From assembly GCA_034780895.1 (NCBI GenBank), contig JAUZTB010000001.1, forward strand, positions 21,964,516-22,028,515: a stretch of 64,000 nucleotides of DNA. Reading direction: 5' to 3'. Below the pieces are notes generated by a model. That model had not been told where the DNA came from and did not search any database. It saw only the letters and a list, made by a program, of their open reading frames with translations. Positions within the stretch are counted from its first letter, which is position 1; each line of letters begins with the position of its first letter. Origin of the DNA: Rhynchobatus australiae (Eukaryota). Below are positions 53,090-64,000 of this stretch, piece after piece. The translations under genes were made by a program, and so were the position numbers.

Positions 53090-53312
53090 CATCACTAAAA
53101 CAGATTATCACATTATTGTTTGTGGAATTTTGTTGTGCTCAANNNNNNNNNNNNNNNNNNNNNNNNNNNNNNNNNNNNNNNNNNNNNNNNNNNNNNNNNN
53201 NNNNNNNNNNNNNNNNNNNNNNNNNNNNNNNNNNNNNNNNNNTGCTCAAATTGGCATTCCTACAGTACAACACTAAAGTTCTCTGGCTATAAAGCACTTT
53301 GGGAATTCCTGA
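53090..53312 (+). mobile_element. DeuSINE 3' half
   Basis: catcactaaaacagattatc...tgtggaattttgttgtgc..aaattggc...aaagcactttggga, homologous to the adjacent copy. Confidence 0.55.
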
Positions 53313-53377
53313 ATGCATGGATTACCACAAATGCATTCTTTTCCCTCTGGAATATCTCTTTAAGTATCTTGTTAATT

Positions 53378-53755
53378 GCCACTCTTGCTTTAGAGTCAAA
53401 AATTTTGGGTATCTATCCCACCCTCAGTTCTTGAGCACAAATATCTGGGACGATATTAGCACCGAAGGAACGCTGCACCATCGAAGGTACCAAACTGTTA
53501 ATGAATATTAAAGCAGAGCCCTCTCCACTCTGTTAGGTGAATGTAAATGGTACTATGGCACTATTTTCAGGAATTTTCTCAATTGATGGTCAATATTTAT
53601 CCCAAAATTAACCACTAAAATAGGTTATCTGGTGTAATACTGAATAGTGCTGTGTGCAAATTGGCTGCTGCTTTTCTAATGTTACAATGGTTTCTACACT
53701 TCAAAATAACTTAATTGGTTGTAAAATGCTTTGGAATATATTAAGGTTGTGGGAT
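53378..53755 (+). mobile_element. Near-full-length DeuSINE (SacSINE1-like)
   Basis: tRNA-like head (actcttgctttagagtca), Deu-like middle (gctgcaccatcgaaggt..atgaatattaaagcagagcc) and 3' gctgtgtgcaaattggctgctg...aatgctttgg. Confidence 0.65.
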
Positions 53756-54099
53756 CCTATCTTTTTAGATACTGTTCCTGATCTTCCTTTTTCATTCTAT
53801 TTCTTTTCAGCAATTATAAAGTCCCTTGACATTTCTATACATTAGAGGTGCAATATAAATATGTGGTACCTCAGAAATTTAGTAACATGGAAACAATTCA
53901 TGAATAACATGAACTTAGGAAGCTGTTCTGAAATTGAATTTTAAACTAATTAATTAAATATCTTCCTATGTGTTTAAAAAGTGTGTTAAATTTTAAGTTA
54001 AATCAACAATTTAAATGCAGAGGTAATAGACCTGTTGTAACTAAGTGCCTCTTCAAATTCACATATTTGCCTCCTGATTTGGCTCTGATGTGAAAATCA

Positions 54100-54433
54100 G
54101 AGAACATAGAAAAACTACAGCACAATTCAGGCCCTTCAGCCCACAAAGCTGTGCCGAACATGTCCCTACCCTAGAAANNNNNNNNNNNNNNNNNNNNNNN
54201 NNNNNNNNNNNNNNNNNNNNNNNNNNNNNNNNNNNNNNNNNNNNNNNNNNNNNNNNNNNNNNNNNNNNNNNNNNNNNAAGACAGGACCTGCCCTTGACAA
54301 AGCCATGCTGACTATTCCTAATCATACTATACCTCTCCAAATGTTCATATATCCCACCTCTTAGGATCCTCTCCATCAGCTTACCAACCACTGAGGTAAG
54401 ACTCACCGGTCTATAATTCCCTGGGCTATCTCT
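54100..54433 (-). mobile_element. Young CR1 copy collapsed across a ~100-N gap
   Basis: Open frame PGNYRPVSLTSVVGKLMERILRGGIYEHLERYSMIRNSQHGFVKGRSCL right of the gap; 3' tail left of the gap. Confidence 0.9.
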
Positions 54434-56624
54434 AAAACCAGTAATAACTAAAGATGGTCATGTGATTTCAACTTCTGATTTACATTTAACTTAATTCCAA
54501 ATACAGCATTACGTGAAGTGGTTATTAATTTATCATTAAAATAATTGCCAATGTTCACTTTAAATAAACCTTTTAGACAGCTGTCACTGCTGTTCTTTAC
54601 TTCTAATTATTCTTTAGTCCATTTAAGAATTGACCTTTAATTTGCATGATGTGGGCAGTAACTTAAGTTGTGTAACATAAGAAAAAAATCCTCCTTTCTG
54701 ACCTGTCTAGGTAGCTCCATACCTCCTTAGTATAGTTTTAATTTTTTCCCATCACTCAAACTCTTTTCCATTTGTTTTCCAGCTCTTTTTTTGATAAATG
54801 AATGCATTATTGATAATTCATCAAAATGCATCAAACAATGCTTACATATTGGACACAGTTGAGGAAGGCAATTCTACTTATTTTCCCATATGTGCCCATA
54901 TAAGTCAACCATATGCATAAAACTAGTCGTGCATCTACCTTTTTAAGAGTTTTGCACTGGAGGTGCATCAAGCAATGTCATTATAGATGCATGTACCCTG
55001 CCCAATACTCATTTCTGCATTGTTTTCCTGCATTACCTTTATCCACAAAAGGCTTTACTCACTTAGCGCCAGTGGTTTCAAATAAAAATACCAAAATAAA
55101 TACATCTGAAAGAAGTCATTCATTTTACCTTTCTCATCTATATTAAAATAGTCTGTCATATCACATAACTGTACTATGGAAAAAATGTCTCACTTTCAAC
55201 TTGGTTATCTGACCCAAAAGACTGTAATAAGTAGAAATCACTCAAGTTCAAGCCAATATTCATCATTATTTGACCTTTGAATTTAGTTGAAGATCCTTAT
55301 TATGGTAGTTTTTATTTTACTGTATGCTTCCATTCAGAGCAGGCAAGACACAGCACACAGAACCTGAGAACTGAGATTAAATATTTCTGGCAGGTAACAA
55401 ACATTTTAATATCCAGGGACATAATTACTTGGGTAAATTTCTGCCACTTCAGATCAATTAAAAAAACATCAAATTGTCATGTTGCAGCATCAAAAGCTAA
55501 ATGGACTGTGCTGACTCTTTCTAAAAATGGATAGTGGAAAAAATAAGTATTTCTTTTATTTGGTGAAATTTTACCATATTTTAAAGATAATGAGAAAGTA
55601 GGATTTGAAAAATTGCTGAATCTGGAGCAAGATCGGTACCAAACACTGCAAATTTGAATCCTTGGCGATTCCTGATTCATCTGCAGATGTCACATTTCTG
55701 CCTTCCTTGAAACATGCATGCAAGGAGAGGGGTGCTCAGATGGAAATAACGAATCTAGTGCCAGTTGAAAGGAAATTGTGAAATCCAAAATAAAGAAGCC
55801 AAGTTCTAAATTGGTGTCCCAAGTTTTCAGCAATGGCATCATTTGGAAAGTGTGACACCAAGTCATTCTGTGAAAAGGACTGAACATTTCTACAGAAGCA
55901 AAATAGCACAAAATGTATAAACCATCTCCTTGTCAATGTACCCTACACTAGATAATTTTCTGACCTGATTTGTATAGATGAATATATGCTGTGCTTCAAC
56001 TATCATCAGATACCCTACTTCTCCCTAGTACCATGTGCTATTCACACCAGCTACAGAGAGAGTGAGCACTCACTACATTTAATCAGAATTCTAATGGATT
56101 CCAATGCACTATCATCAGCACCAACTATCACAAATTTCAACTGTATTATGACTGTAATCACTAATATCGATTCCTACAAGCCCCCACATAGTTGATCATC
56201 TAATTTACATTCTGCTCTTTGAAGACATTAAGTGGAGGCTTGAGGGACTAAGACAGAATTCTTAGAACTATCTCAACAGTGGGCAACAGGCCTTTTGAAG
56301 TCTGAACAGGCACGGTCGCTTTCTGGAAGACCTCTTTTTCATTTACCATAATTAGTTACAGTTTACAGGGCTTTTAATGAAAATTCTCCATTCAGGTTGA
56401 AAATGAAAACAACTAATAGATTTTAAGTATTCTTTCTATCTTCTGCAAGGATGTCTTTTAATTCTATAAACAATCATGAAAATTTGCTGTGGATTACATA
56501 ACCTTTATTGAGAAAATAATATACGATGAACTTTGGATTCAATAGAGGTAGAAACAACAAACAAGAAAATCAAGTCAAAAATTACATAGTTAATTCATCT
56601 AGAAATCACCCCTCAGATGGCCAC

Positions 56625-57360
56625 ATAAAAATATAAAAGAATTCAGGAGTAGACTGTGATGCCAGTCAAGTCTTTTCTACCAATAAGGTCATAACTGATA
56701 GTGCACTTTCCTGCCCCATCCCTGCCCCATTATCTTTTAATTCCCTTAGTGTCCAAAAACCTAATGATATACTCAAAAAGCAAGAACTCGCAGCTCGCTG
56801 AAGTAAAATATTCAAAAAGATTATAACCCTCTGAGAAAATAAATCTTTCCTCCTCNNNNNNNNNNTCTTGGTCTAAAATAGTTGCCCCAGAACCCCAAAA
56901 CTGTGCTCCCTCATCCCCTCGGTCTGGATTTGCAAGCCTGAAGAGGGCAACCTGTCAGCGTTTGCTAATCCCTCTTTGAAATTTGTATATTTCCTTTTTT
57001 TCTTCCAGTGAGTATGAACTGACACTGGTCAATCTCAACTCCAAGGGTCACCCCTTCTTTCCAGGAATCAATCCAGTGAATCCATGCCTCATTGCTTCTT
57101 CGACAATTAGTCGTTTTTTAGCTATGAAGACCCAAACTACAAAAGTATTTTATGCATGGAGTCGCCAAAGCCCTGTACTCCTTGCTCTTGTACTCCTACT
57201 GCTTTGCAATAAAGGCCATCTAATTATTTGCATTTCTAATTGCTTGCTGTACAAGCACATACACTGTTTGTGTGCTTTGTGATTCATCACATCCAGAATC
57301 CTCTGCACATCAATATTTACAAGTTTCTCACATTTAAAAAAATCTTGTCTTTCTATGCTT
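56625..57360 (-). mobile_element. Old CR1 3' portion
   Basis: Degenerate tail at about 56630; ggaatcaatccagtgaatc and gacccaaactac remnants. Confidence 0.6.
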
Positions 57361-57392
57361 CCTCTCTGCGCAAATAATTGTACATTTTCTCA

Positions 57393-59215
57393 CGTAGAAC
57401 ATTGAACAGTGTAGCTCAGGAACAGGCCCTTCGGCCTATGATGTCTGTGCCAACCATGATGCCAATCCAAACTAATCCCATTTGTCTGTACACTGTATCC
57501 CTGCCTGCCCATGTGCTTCTCTAAATGCCTCTTGTATGTTACTGTCGTTTCTGCTTTCAACAATTCCCCTGGTAGTGCATTCAAGGCACCTACCACTCTG
57601 TCTTGAAAAAAAAAGATTTGCCTGTGGCTGGAGAGGATACAAGAATGTCTCAAGGCCCTAGCGATCGCCTCTCCTGCCTCTCTCAATAACCTGGGATAGA
57701 TCCCATTAGGCCATGGGAACTTATCCACCTGAATGCTCTTCAAGACACCCAACACCACCACCTCCTTGATATCAACAGGCCCTTGACTATCAGCATACCC
57801 CTCCCNNNNNNNNNNNNNNNNNNNNNNNNNNNNNNNNNNNNNNNNNNNNNNNNNNNNTCATTTAGCACCTTGACCGTTTCCTTTGACTCCAGACAAGAAT
57901 TCCCTCCTTTGCCTTTGAGTGATCTTACCGTGTCCCTAGTGACCCTCTTGTTTTCAATCCATGCATAAAATGCCTTGGAATTCTTTTTAACCCTACTTGC
58001 CAAAGACATTCTATGGTCCCTTTTGGCCCTCCCTGCTCCCTGGTTAAGTTCTCTCCTGCATAGTTTACATTCCTCGAGGCCCTGAATTCAGCTTCCTTCA
58101 CCTTCCATTTTCTTTTTGACTAAATTTACAACATTTCTTGTCATCCAAGGTTCCCAAGTTTTTCCATCCATGTCTCTTTTCCTCACTGGAGCATGTTGGT
58201 TCTGAATTTTGACCAGTCGTCCTTTAAATGACTCCCACATGTCAAATGTGGACCGACCCAATAACGGTTGCTCCTAATCTACCCTTCCCAGATCCTGTCT
58301 AATGCTTTTGTAATTAGCTTTTCCCCAATTTAGCACTTTATCCCAAGGTCCAGTCTGATCCCTAGCTGTAACTTTGTGAAAACTTAGAGTTATGATCACT
58401 GTTCCCAAAATGCTCTTCCACTGAAACTCTGATCACCTGGTCGGGCTCACTTCCCAAAACAAAGTCCAGTAATAATTAACCAATACCAATACCAGTATGG
58501 CCCCTTCCTTGGTTGGACTATCTATATACTGTGTCAAGAAACCCTCCTGGATGCACCTAACAAATTCTGCCCCACCTAAGACTCTGGCGCTAATGGACTC
58601 CCGGTCAATATTGGGGAAACTAAAGTCACCCACTACAACTATATTGTTGCTTTTACATCTTTATATAATTTGCCTACACATCTGTTTCTCTGTCTCCCAC
58701 TGGCTACTGAGAGGCCTGCAGTATAGCCCCAGCACAGTGATTGCACCTTTCTTCTTTCTGAGCACCACCCATATTGCCTCACTGGATGAGGCCTCCAGGA
58801 CAGTGCCTCCGTGACATTCTCCTCGATCAGTAGTGCAACTCCCCCACCTCTTTCGCACCCCTCTCTATAGTGTCTGAGCATCTGGATCCTGGAATGTTGA
58901 GCTGCCAGTCCTGCCCTTCTCTCTGGTTCCATGTACCAATCCAGCCCCTAAGTTCATCTGCCTTACTGTAATATTCCCTGCACTGAAATAAATACACTTC
59001 AGCCCATCAGCCCCACTGTGCTCATTAACCTGGCCCTGCCTGTCCTTCCTTTCAGCTTTGACCTAACTTCTACCTTCCACTTAATCCCTCTTCCGCTTGC
59101 TGACCTATTGTTCTGATTCCCACCCCTCTCGCCCAACCACCACACTAGTTTAATTTTTCCCTGTGAGAATTTGGTGCCCCTCCAGTTTAACTTCAACCCA
59201 TCCTTCATTGTACTC
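57393..59215 (-). mobile_element. Internally deleted CR1 (ORF1 end, endonuclease, linker and 3' end; RT core missing)
   Basis: EAIWVVLRKKKGAITVLGLYCRP, VVVGDFSFPNID, FLTQYIDSPT, KNSKAFY and DKFPWPNGIYPRLLRE, then a jump at about 57620 to RVVGALNALPG and the 3' tail. Confidence 0.88.
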
Positions 59216-60233
59216 TGTTGTACTACATCTGTACNNNNNNNNNNTTCTAAAACTTCCGATTTTGCAGCCACCATTGTTGATGCTACCTTTTTATTCTATG
59301 TTAATTTAATTGCTTTGAACTTAAATTCTTCAGCGCTGTGCCAATGTAATGTATCACGTGTAAGGCCATACTGTAATTCTGTTGGACAGGAGAACCTGTT
59401 TTGTTACAATGTAACAATGACACTGACTGGAACAAACAGTGTGTAGCAGGAGCTTGAATGATCAACATGCATGTTGGTTAATATATGACTTGCAAATAAA
59501 CCACTAACTTTTCTGATGTGTTTGTGTTGTGACAAATGCAGTTGAGAAGATCTTAAAATCAGTGACAAAGATAGGATCCCACGTGGCTTTTCTTAGGGAT
59601 TATTGAAGGACACTGAGGAATCTCACTTGAAAAGCTTTAGGCAGTTCCTCATACCAAAATTTGTTTTTTTTTAAATATAGTGTTTCATACTTCCACTTAC
59701 TGGAATCTTGTTTAAGACCTTTGCATGTATCGATGAGAGTGCAAACTACAGGAAACCACATTGGCATAGCAGTGTTGAGTTAATGCAGGACTCACACAAA
59801 CACCAAGTTTAACTGCGGCACTATTGACGAGGATTCAGACAAGATGGCTTCCCCAACTGGCTGTATCTGGTTCTTTGGCAACTATAACAAGCTGAAGAAC
59901 CATTCATCATATCTATATATATTCAATGAATTAACATTTTCTTTAAAGTGTACAGTATCATGGAGGTTGAAGGAGAAGGTAATATTGTGACAGCTCAGTG
60001 CAAGTAATGTACAAGTGCATAAATAAAGTACTCCAAAGATGTTTTGTCTAAAGATGTGGTGTAAAGACTGGAGTAATGCTTTAATCAGAAACTGTCAGAA
60101 GGTTGACACAAAGAGCCAGAAGCAAGGTGAGACTTTTAGTGGCTACATTCTTTCATTAAAAACCTGTTTTCCCTTTGCAATTTTGGTTCTTTTTATATTG
60201 TGTCCTATGTGAAAGTTCTGAATGTGGACTGGT

Positions 60234-60370
60234 ACATAGAATAAAGAAGAGTACAACACAGGAACAGGCCCTTCAGCCCACACTGTTGTGCCGAATTAAT
60301 TAAGGTAATGAAACCTAATCCCTTCTGTCTGCACATAGTTACTATTCCTCCATTCTCTGCATATTCATGG
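60234..60370 (-). mobile_element. CR1/HE1-type 3' terminal fragment
   Basis: acaacacaggaacaggcccttcagcccacac tail. Confidence 0.75.
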
Positions 60371-60819
60371 TAGATGAATGACTTCAGTTGAAACTGCTGA
60401 GCATGCAAACTTAGTGTTCGAACTTGCTTGTAAAATTACCACGTTGATGAAACTGGGATCCAAGAACATGAAATAATTTTATCCACCACAAGCAACTAGT
60501 ACAGCTATACTCTCTTCTCTGTGAGTTGTAGGAAAATCCAGGGCTGTGATACAGAGTGTAAAGAATACTGGTGAAGTGGTTGATTTTGTTGCACTGGGCA
60601 TTACTCACTATAAATTCATCAGTTTACCAAAAAAAAATCATATCTTAATAATCTGGAGGTTATTACAGGGAACAAAAACAAGTTCCGTGGCATTACAATA
60701 CAACAACAGAAAGAAGTTCAGAGTTTGCAAGTTTGTTCATGCAGTAAGGGAGTGCGAATGGACAACATCCATGTCACAAAAGGAGTAGCAGTTCAGGGTG
60801 CTGGAAATTTATCACCAGT

Positions 60820-61330
60820 GCTGTATCTGCGAAATGCTCCAAACCCACTGGAAAGACAAGTGAGCCGGTGTAGCATCCTCTGTCAGGTCAACATCCCAGC
60901 AGTAAGGTCCAAATTATGCTCATCTTGGTTGAGCAACTAATGTCATTTGCATATCCAGCTCCAGGCTCCCAAAGCAGACACTTTCTTTCTTGCAATCTAT
61001 GTGATAGGAAGAGATTACCAGGCCAGCAGAGGAAGAGATACAAGGATGTTCTCAATGCATCCAGGAACAAAAAAATGCAACATCCCCTACTAGCTCCTGA
61101 GAATCCATGGACATGAGCATGCAAAGTGAAGAAGGGGCATTCAGAATGGCATTGAGGATCTCAATTCCATGTTTCAGGACCTTCATCTCTCAAACTTCAT
61201 TCTATCAGAGGCCATCTGCTCCATCTTTGAAGGTTCTACTGTTCCTTATTGCCTTCATCAATCAGCTTGGAACCCTCAGAACTGGAGTGGTAGCAAGTCA
61301 TTATCGATCCTGGAGGCCTGCTAAAGATGA
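60820..61330 (+). mobile_element. RTE-clade 3' fragment
   Basis: DRKRLPGQQRKRYKDVLNAS; homologous to 39230-39710. Confidence 0.75.
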
Positions 61331-62229
61331 AGTACAACAGCAGGTAGCCTCTCATTGTAAAGATGTTGATTAATAACTGGTGTATCAACATGCAAATTGA
61401 CACTGCCACAGGCAGTTTAATAATGAGTCAAGGCATTTACTCTTGGTGGTGCTTTCTACCACAGTATCAGCTAGATACTTACGGCAGAAAGCACCATCAA
61501 ACTGAAACCTACTCTGGTGAGGTTTTATGGGCATTGCAACACAATGTACAGTGAATACAGTTATCCGTCATTAAAGCAATCCATGAAAACGAGCCAACTC
61601 TAATGGATTAGATGTGACTGAAGCAACTTGAGCTAGATTAGAATTTTTTTTCGGCATTGACATTTTGAAACATTGTAAGGAAGGTATGGCACCAGCTTTG
61701 TTGGATATAATGTGCGCATTCACATCATATTAGTTGCAAACCCAGAGTAATTGTGTATGTTCTGAAGAGTCAAGTAAGGAATGAACTGGATAGACCGGAA
61801 CAAAATGGCATGCGTGTAGAAACTGAGCAGAGTGAATAGGCTGTGAAATAGTGATAAAAACATATGGTTGTGTGATTACAGTGTCACACTAACCATGCTT
61901 TACTTAATAAACATCTATTCCATTCCAAATTGCACAAGGTATTTCCATGGAGTAGGTTCAAAGGTAACTACAAATTTACACAGTTGACTGTCCACAGAAG
62001 CAGTCAGATGTAACTGACCTTCAACATACAGAAAGGATTTACTCATACACACGGCTACCTGATGAAATCAATTTTTTTCAAGATTTTCCCAGGCACAGTG
62101 CCTAAAATCTCATATCGAATAGATATTGCTTGTGTGATGAAGACACAAGCAATAATCATTGAACGCCATTGGCATTGGAAGAAGAAAATATTTTTATCTT
62201 GAAGGGGTGTTCAAGGTATTTTATTGTGG

Positions 62230-62570
62230 TGGTAGTACAGCAGTTAAATTTGAAAGGCTAGCAATCTAGAGGGATGAACATACAATCCAGAGACCCAAGT
62301 TCAAATCCCACCATAGCAGCTGAAGATCAGTTTAAACTCTAGGATTATTAAAAAAAAAATCATTCATAATGGTGATTACAAAACTGCAGAAGTGTCATAA
62401 AAACCTGTCTGGTTTATTTACATCCTTCAGGCAAGGAAATCTGCTATTGTTACCTGGTCTGGCCTGTATGTGAAAACACAGCCACTAAAATGATTGATCC
62501 TTAAATGCCCTTCTGAAATAGCAAATTTAGCAAGGCAGTTGAAAGGCAATTAACAATGAACAATGACACA
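62230..62570 (+). mobile_element. tRNA-derived SINE
   Basis: B-box AAGTTCAAATCCC at 62297-62309; body shared with 3770-3950. Confidence 0.65.
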
Positions 62571-62649
62571 CAGATCTTGAAAAATGGATAAATATGAAGT
62601 TGAAGCAAATGGGAAGTTGTGTATCTTGGTCTGATGGTTGATGCCNNNN

Positions 62650-62740
62650 NGTAAATGTGATAACTTTACAGCTGCGATTTGAACTTGTGTTTCAGATCAT
62701 TAGATCAGGTCTCTATATAATTTAACCAATGTGACAATCT
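62650..62740 (-). mobile_element. SINE head fragment, inverted relative to 62230-62570
   Basis: gatttgaacttg is the reverse complement of the B-box caagttcaaatc. Confidence 0.45.
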
Positions 62741-62799
62741 GAGATGATCATACTCCTATGCTAAGATTTTCATAGAATATTTTAAACTGGAATTTGAGA

Positions 62800-63720
62800 A
62801 TCCTCGAGAATGCAGGAGTAGTCTATATGGCTCCTTGAGTTGATTGATTCAAAAGATCTTGGCAAATGTCATCTTTGCCTCAATTCCACTTTTCTGTCTA
62901 TTCCTCATAACCCTTGTCTCCTCAGCATTCAAATAAATCTAAATCAGCTTATTTTGCAACTCTCCAGGTCAGAGCAGTCCAAAGATTATCAATTCTCAGA
63001 GAAGAAATTCCTCCTTATCTCCACTTTAAATAGGCAACCCCATATTTTGAAACTCTGTTCCTGGTTGTAGATTTCTCCGTATGAGGTCAAAATCAAGTTT
63101 ATTATCACTGACTTGTATGTTGTGAAATTTATTGTTTTGCAGCAGCAGTACAGTGCCATGACATAAATTTACTATAAATTACAAAAACAGAGTGCAAAAG
63201 AAAGGAATAATGAGGTAGTGTTTATGGGTTTATGGACCATTCAGAAATCTGATGATGGAGGGGAAGAAGCTGTTTCTAAATCATTGAGTGTGGGTCTTCA
63301 GGCTCCTGTACCTCCTCCCCAATGGTTGTAACGAGAAGAGGGCATCAGGGTCATCAGTGATGGATGCTGCCTTCTTGAGACACCACCTCTTGAAGATGTC
63401 CGCGATGGTGGGGAGAGTTGCACACATGATGGAGCCATGAAGGACTTTATTGCCCTTGAAATCTCAGCATGTACCCTGTCAGTACCCATGAGGATCTTAA
63501 TTTTGTCAATACGATCACCTCTGATTTTCTTAAAGTCTGAAGACAATAGATCCATCCTGCTCAATTGTTCCTCATAGGGCACCTCTCTTATCTCCAGCAT
63601 CAACATAGTTAATCTACTTCAAACATCCTCCAATGCAAGTATATCACTAAGTGTGGAGGAGCAAATCTCCTCACCAATGCCCATAAAATTGGAACAAGAC
63701 TTTTTCTTTCTTTTATACTC
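62800..63720 (-). mobile_element. Old CR1 3' portion, interrupted by a Rex/Babar insertion
   Basis: YEEQLSRMDLLSSDFKKIRGDRID remnant right of the insertion; gagaagaaattcctccttatctc and the tail left of it. Confidence 0.65.
63088..63437 (-). mobile_element. Rex/Babar-type LINE 3' end
   Basis: Minus strand IFKRWCLKKAASI...ALFSLQPLGRRYRSLKTHTQ*FRNSFFPSIIRFLN, then a 3' UTR ending gataataaacttgattttga. Confidence 0.75.
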
Positions 63721-64000
63721 CACCGTCTTTGCAGGAAAAATGTGGAGAGCATTGGTTAGACCTATATGTGATCTATTCTGAAAACTTGAACACGATTAGA
63801 CAGGAACACTATTATTCCAAATTAAATGAGTCAGGAATCTAGAAATTTCATACCAGCTGTCTTAATGTGGGAAAATTACTTGTAATTAATATGAAATTCT
63901 AAAAATAAACATCTAAAGAGTGCAGGGACCCTGCTAACTCATCAGAAAGCATTTTTAAGCTAGAGGCCATGCCTAATTAATCTTTGAAATTCTTAAAGGA

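Noticed and set aside
1-64000. tRNA, rRNA, snoRNA, CRISPR or prokaryotic systems
   Set aside because: None seen; B-box motifs belong to SINEs and the DNA is eukaryotic intron.

Overview
This is an AT-rich, gappy vertebrate genomic window, most likely from a cartilaginous fish (ray or shark), judged from its CR1/HE1/DeuSINE/Penelope repeat repertoire. It lies inside the GTDC1 (QTMAN, queuosine-tRNA mannosyltransferase) gene on the + strand. Two phase-compatible coding exons are present (17843-18010 and 28606-28779); the rest is large intron. The introns carry many decayed transposons: CR1, L2, RTE, Rex/Babar, Penelope-like, tRNA-SINEs and a Harbinger transposase fossil. The best leads are: (1) a repeat-free, CpG-retaining block at about 22.4-23.6 kb with a candidate poison or alternative exon that creates a TGA stop on splicing, plus a TATA box; (2) Penelope-derived inverted-repeat elements carrying minimal hammerhead-ribozyme motifs with a recurring CUGAUG-C-A core variant; (3) an RTE element with twin-priming-like inversion geometry. 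All family calls come from recognising motifs by eye, with no database search, and repeat boundaries are approximate.
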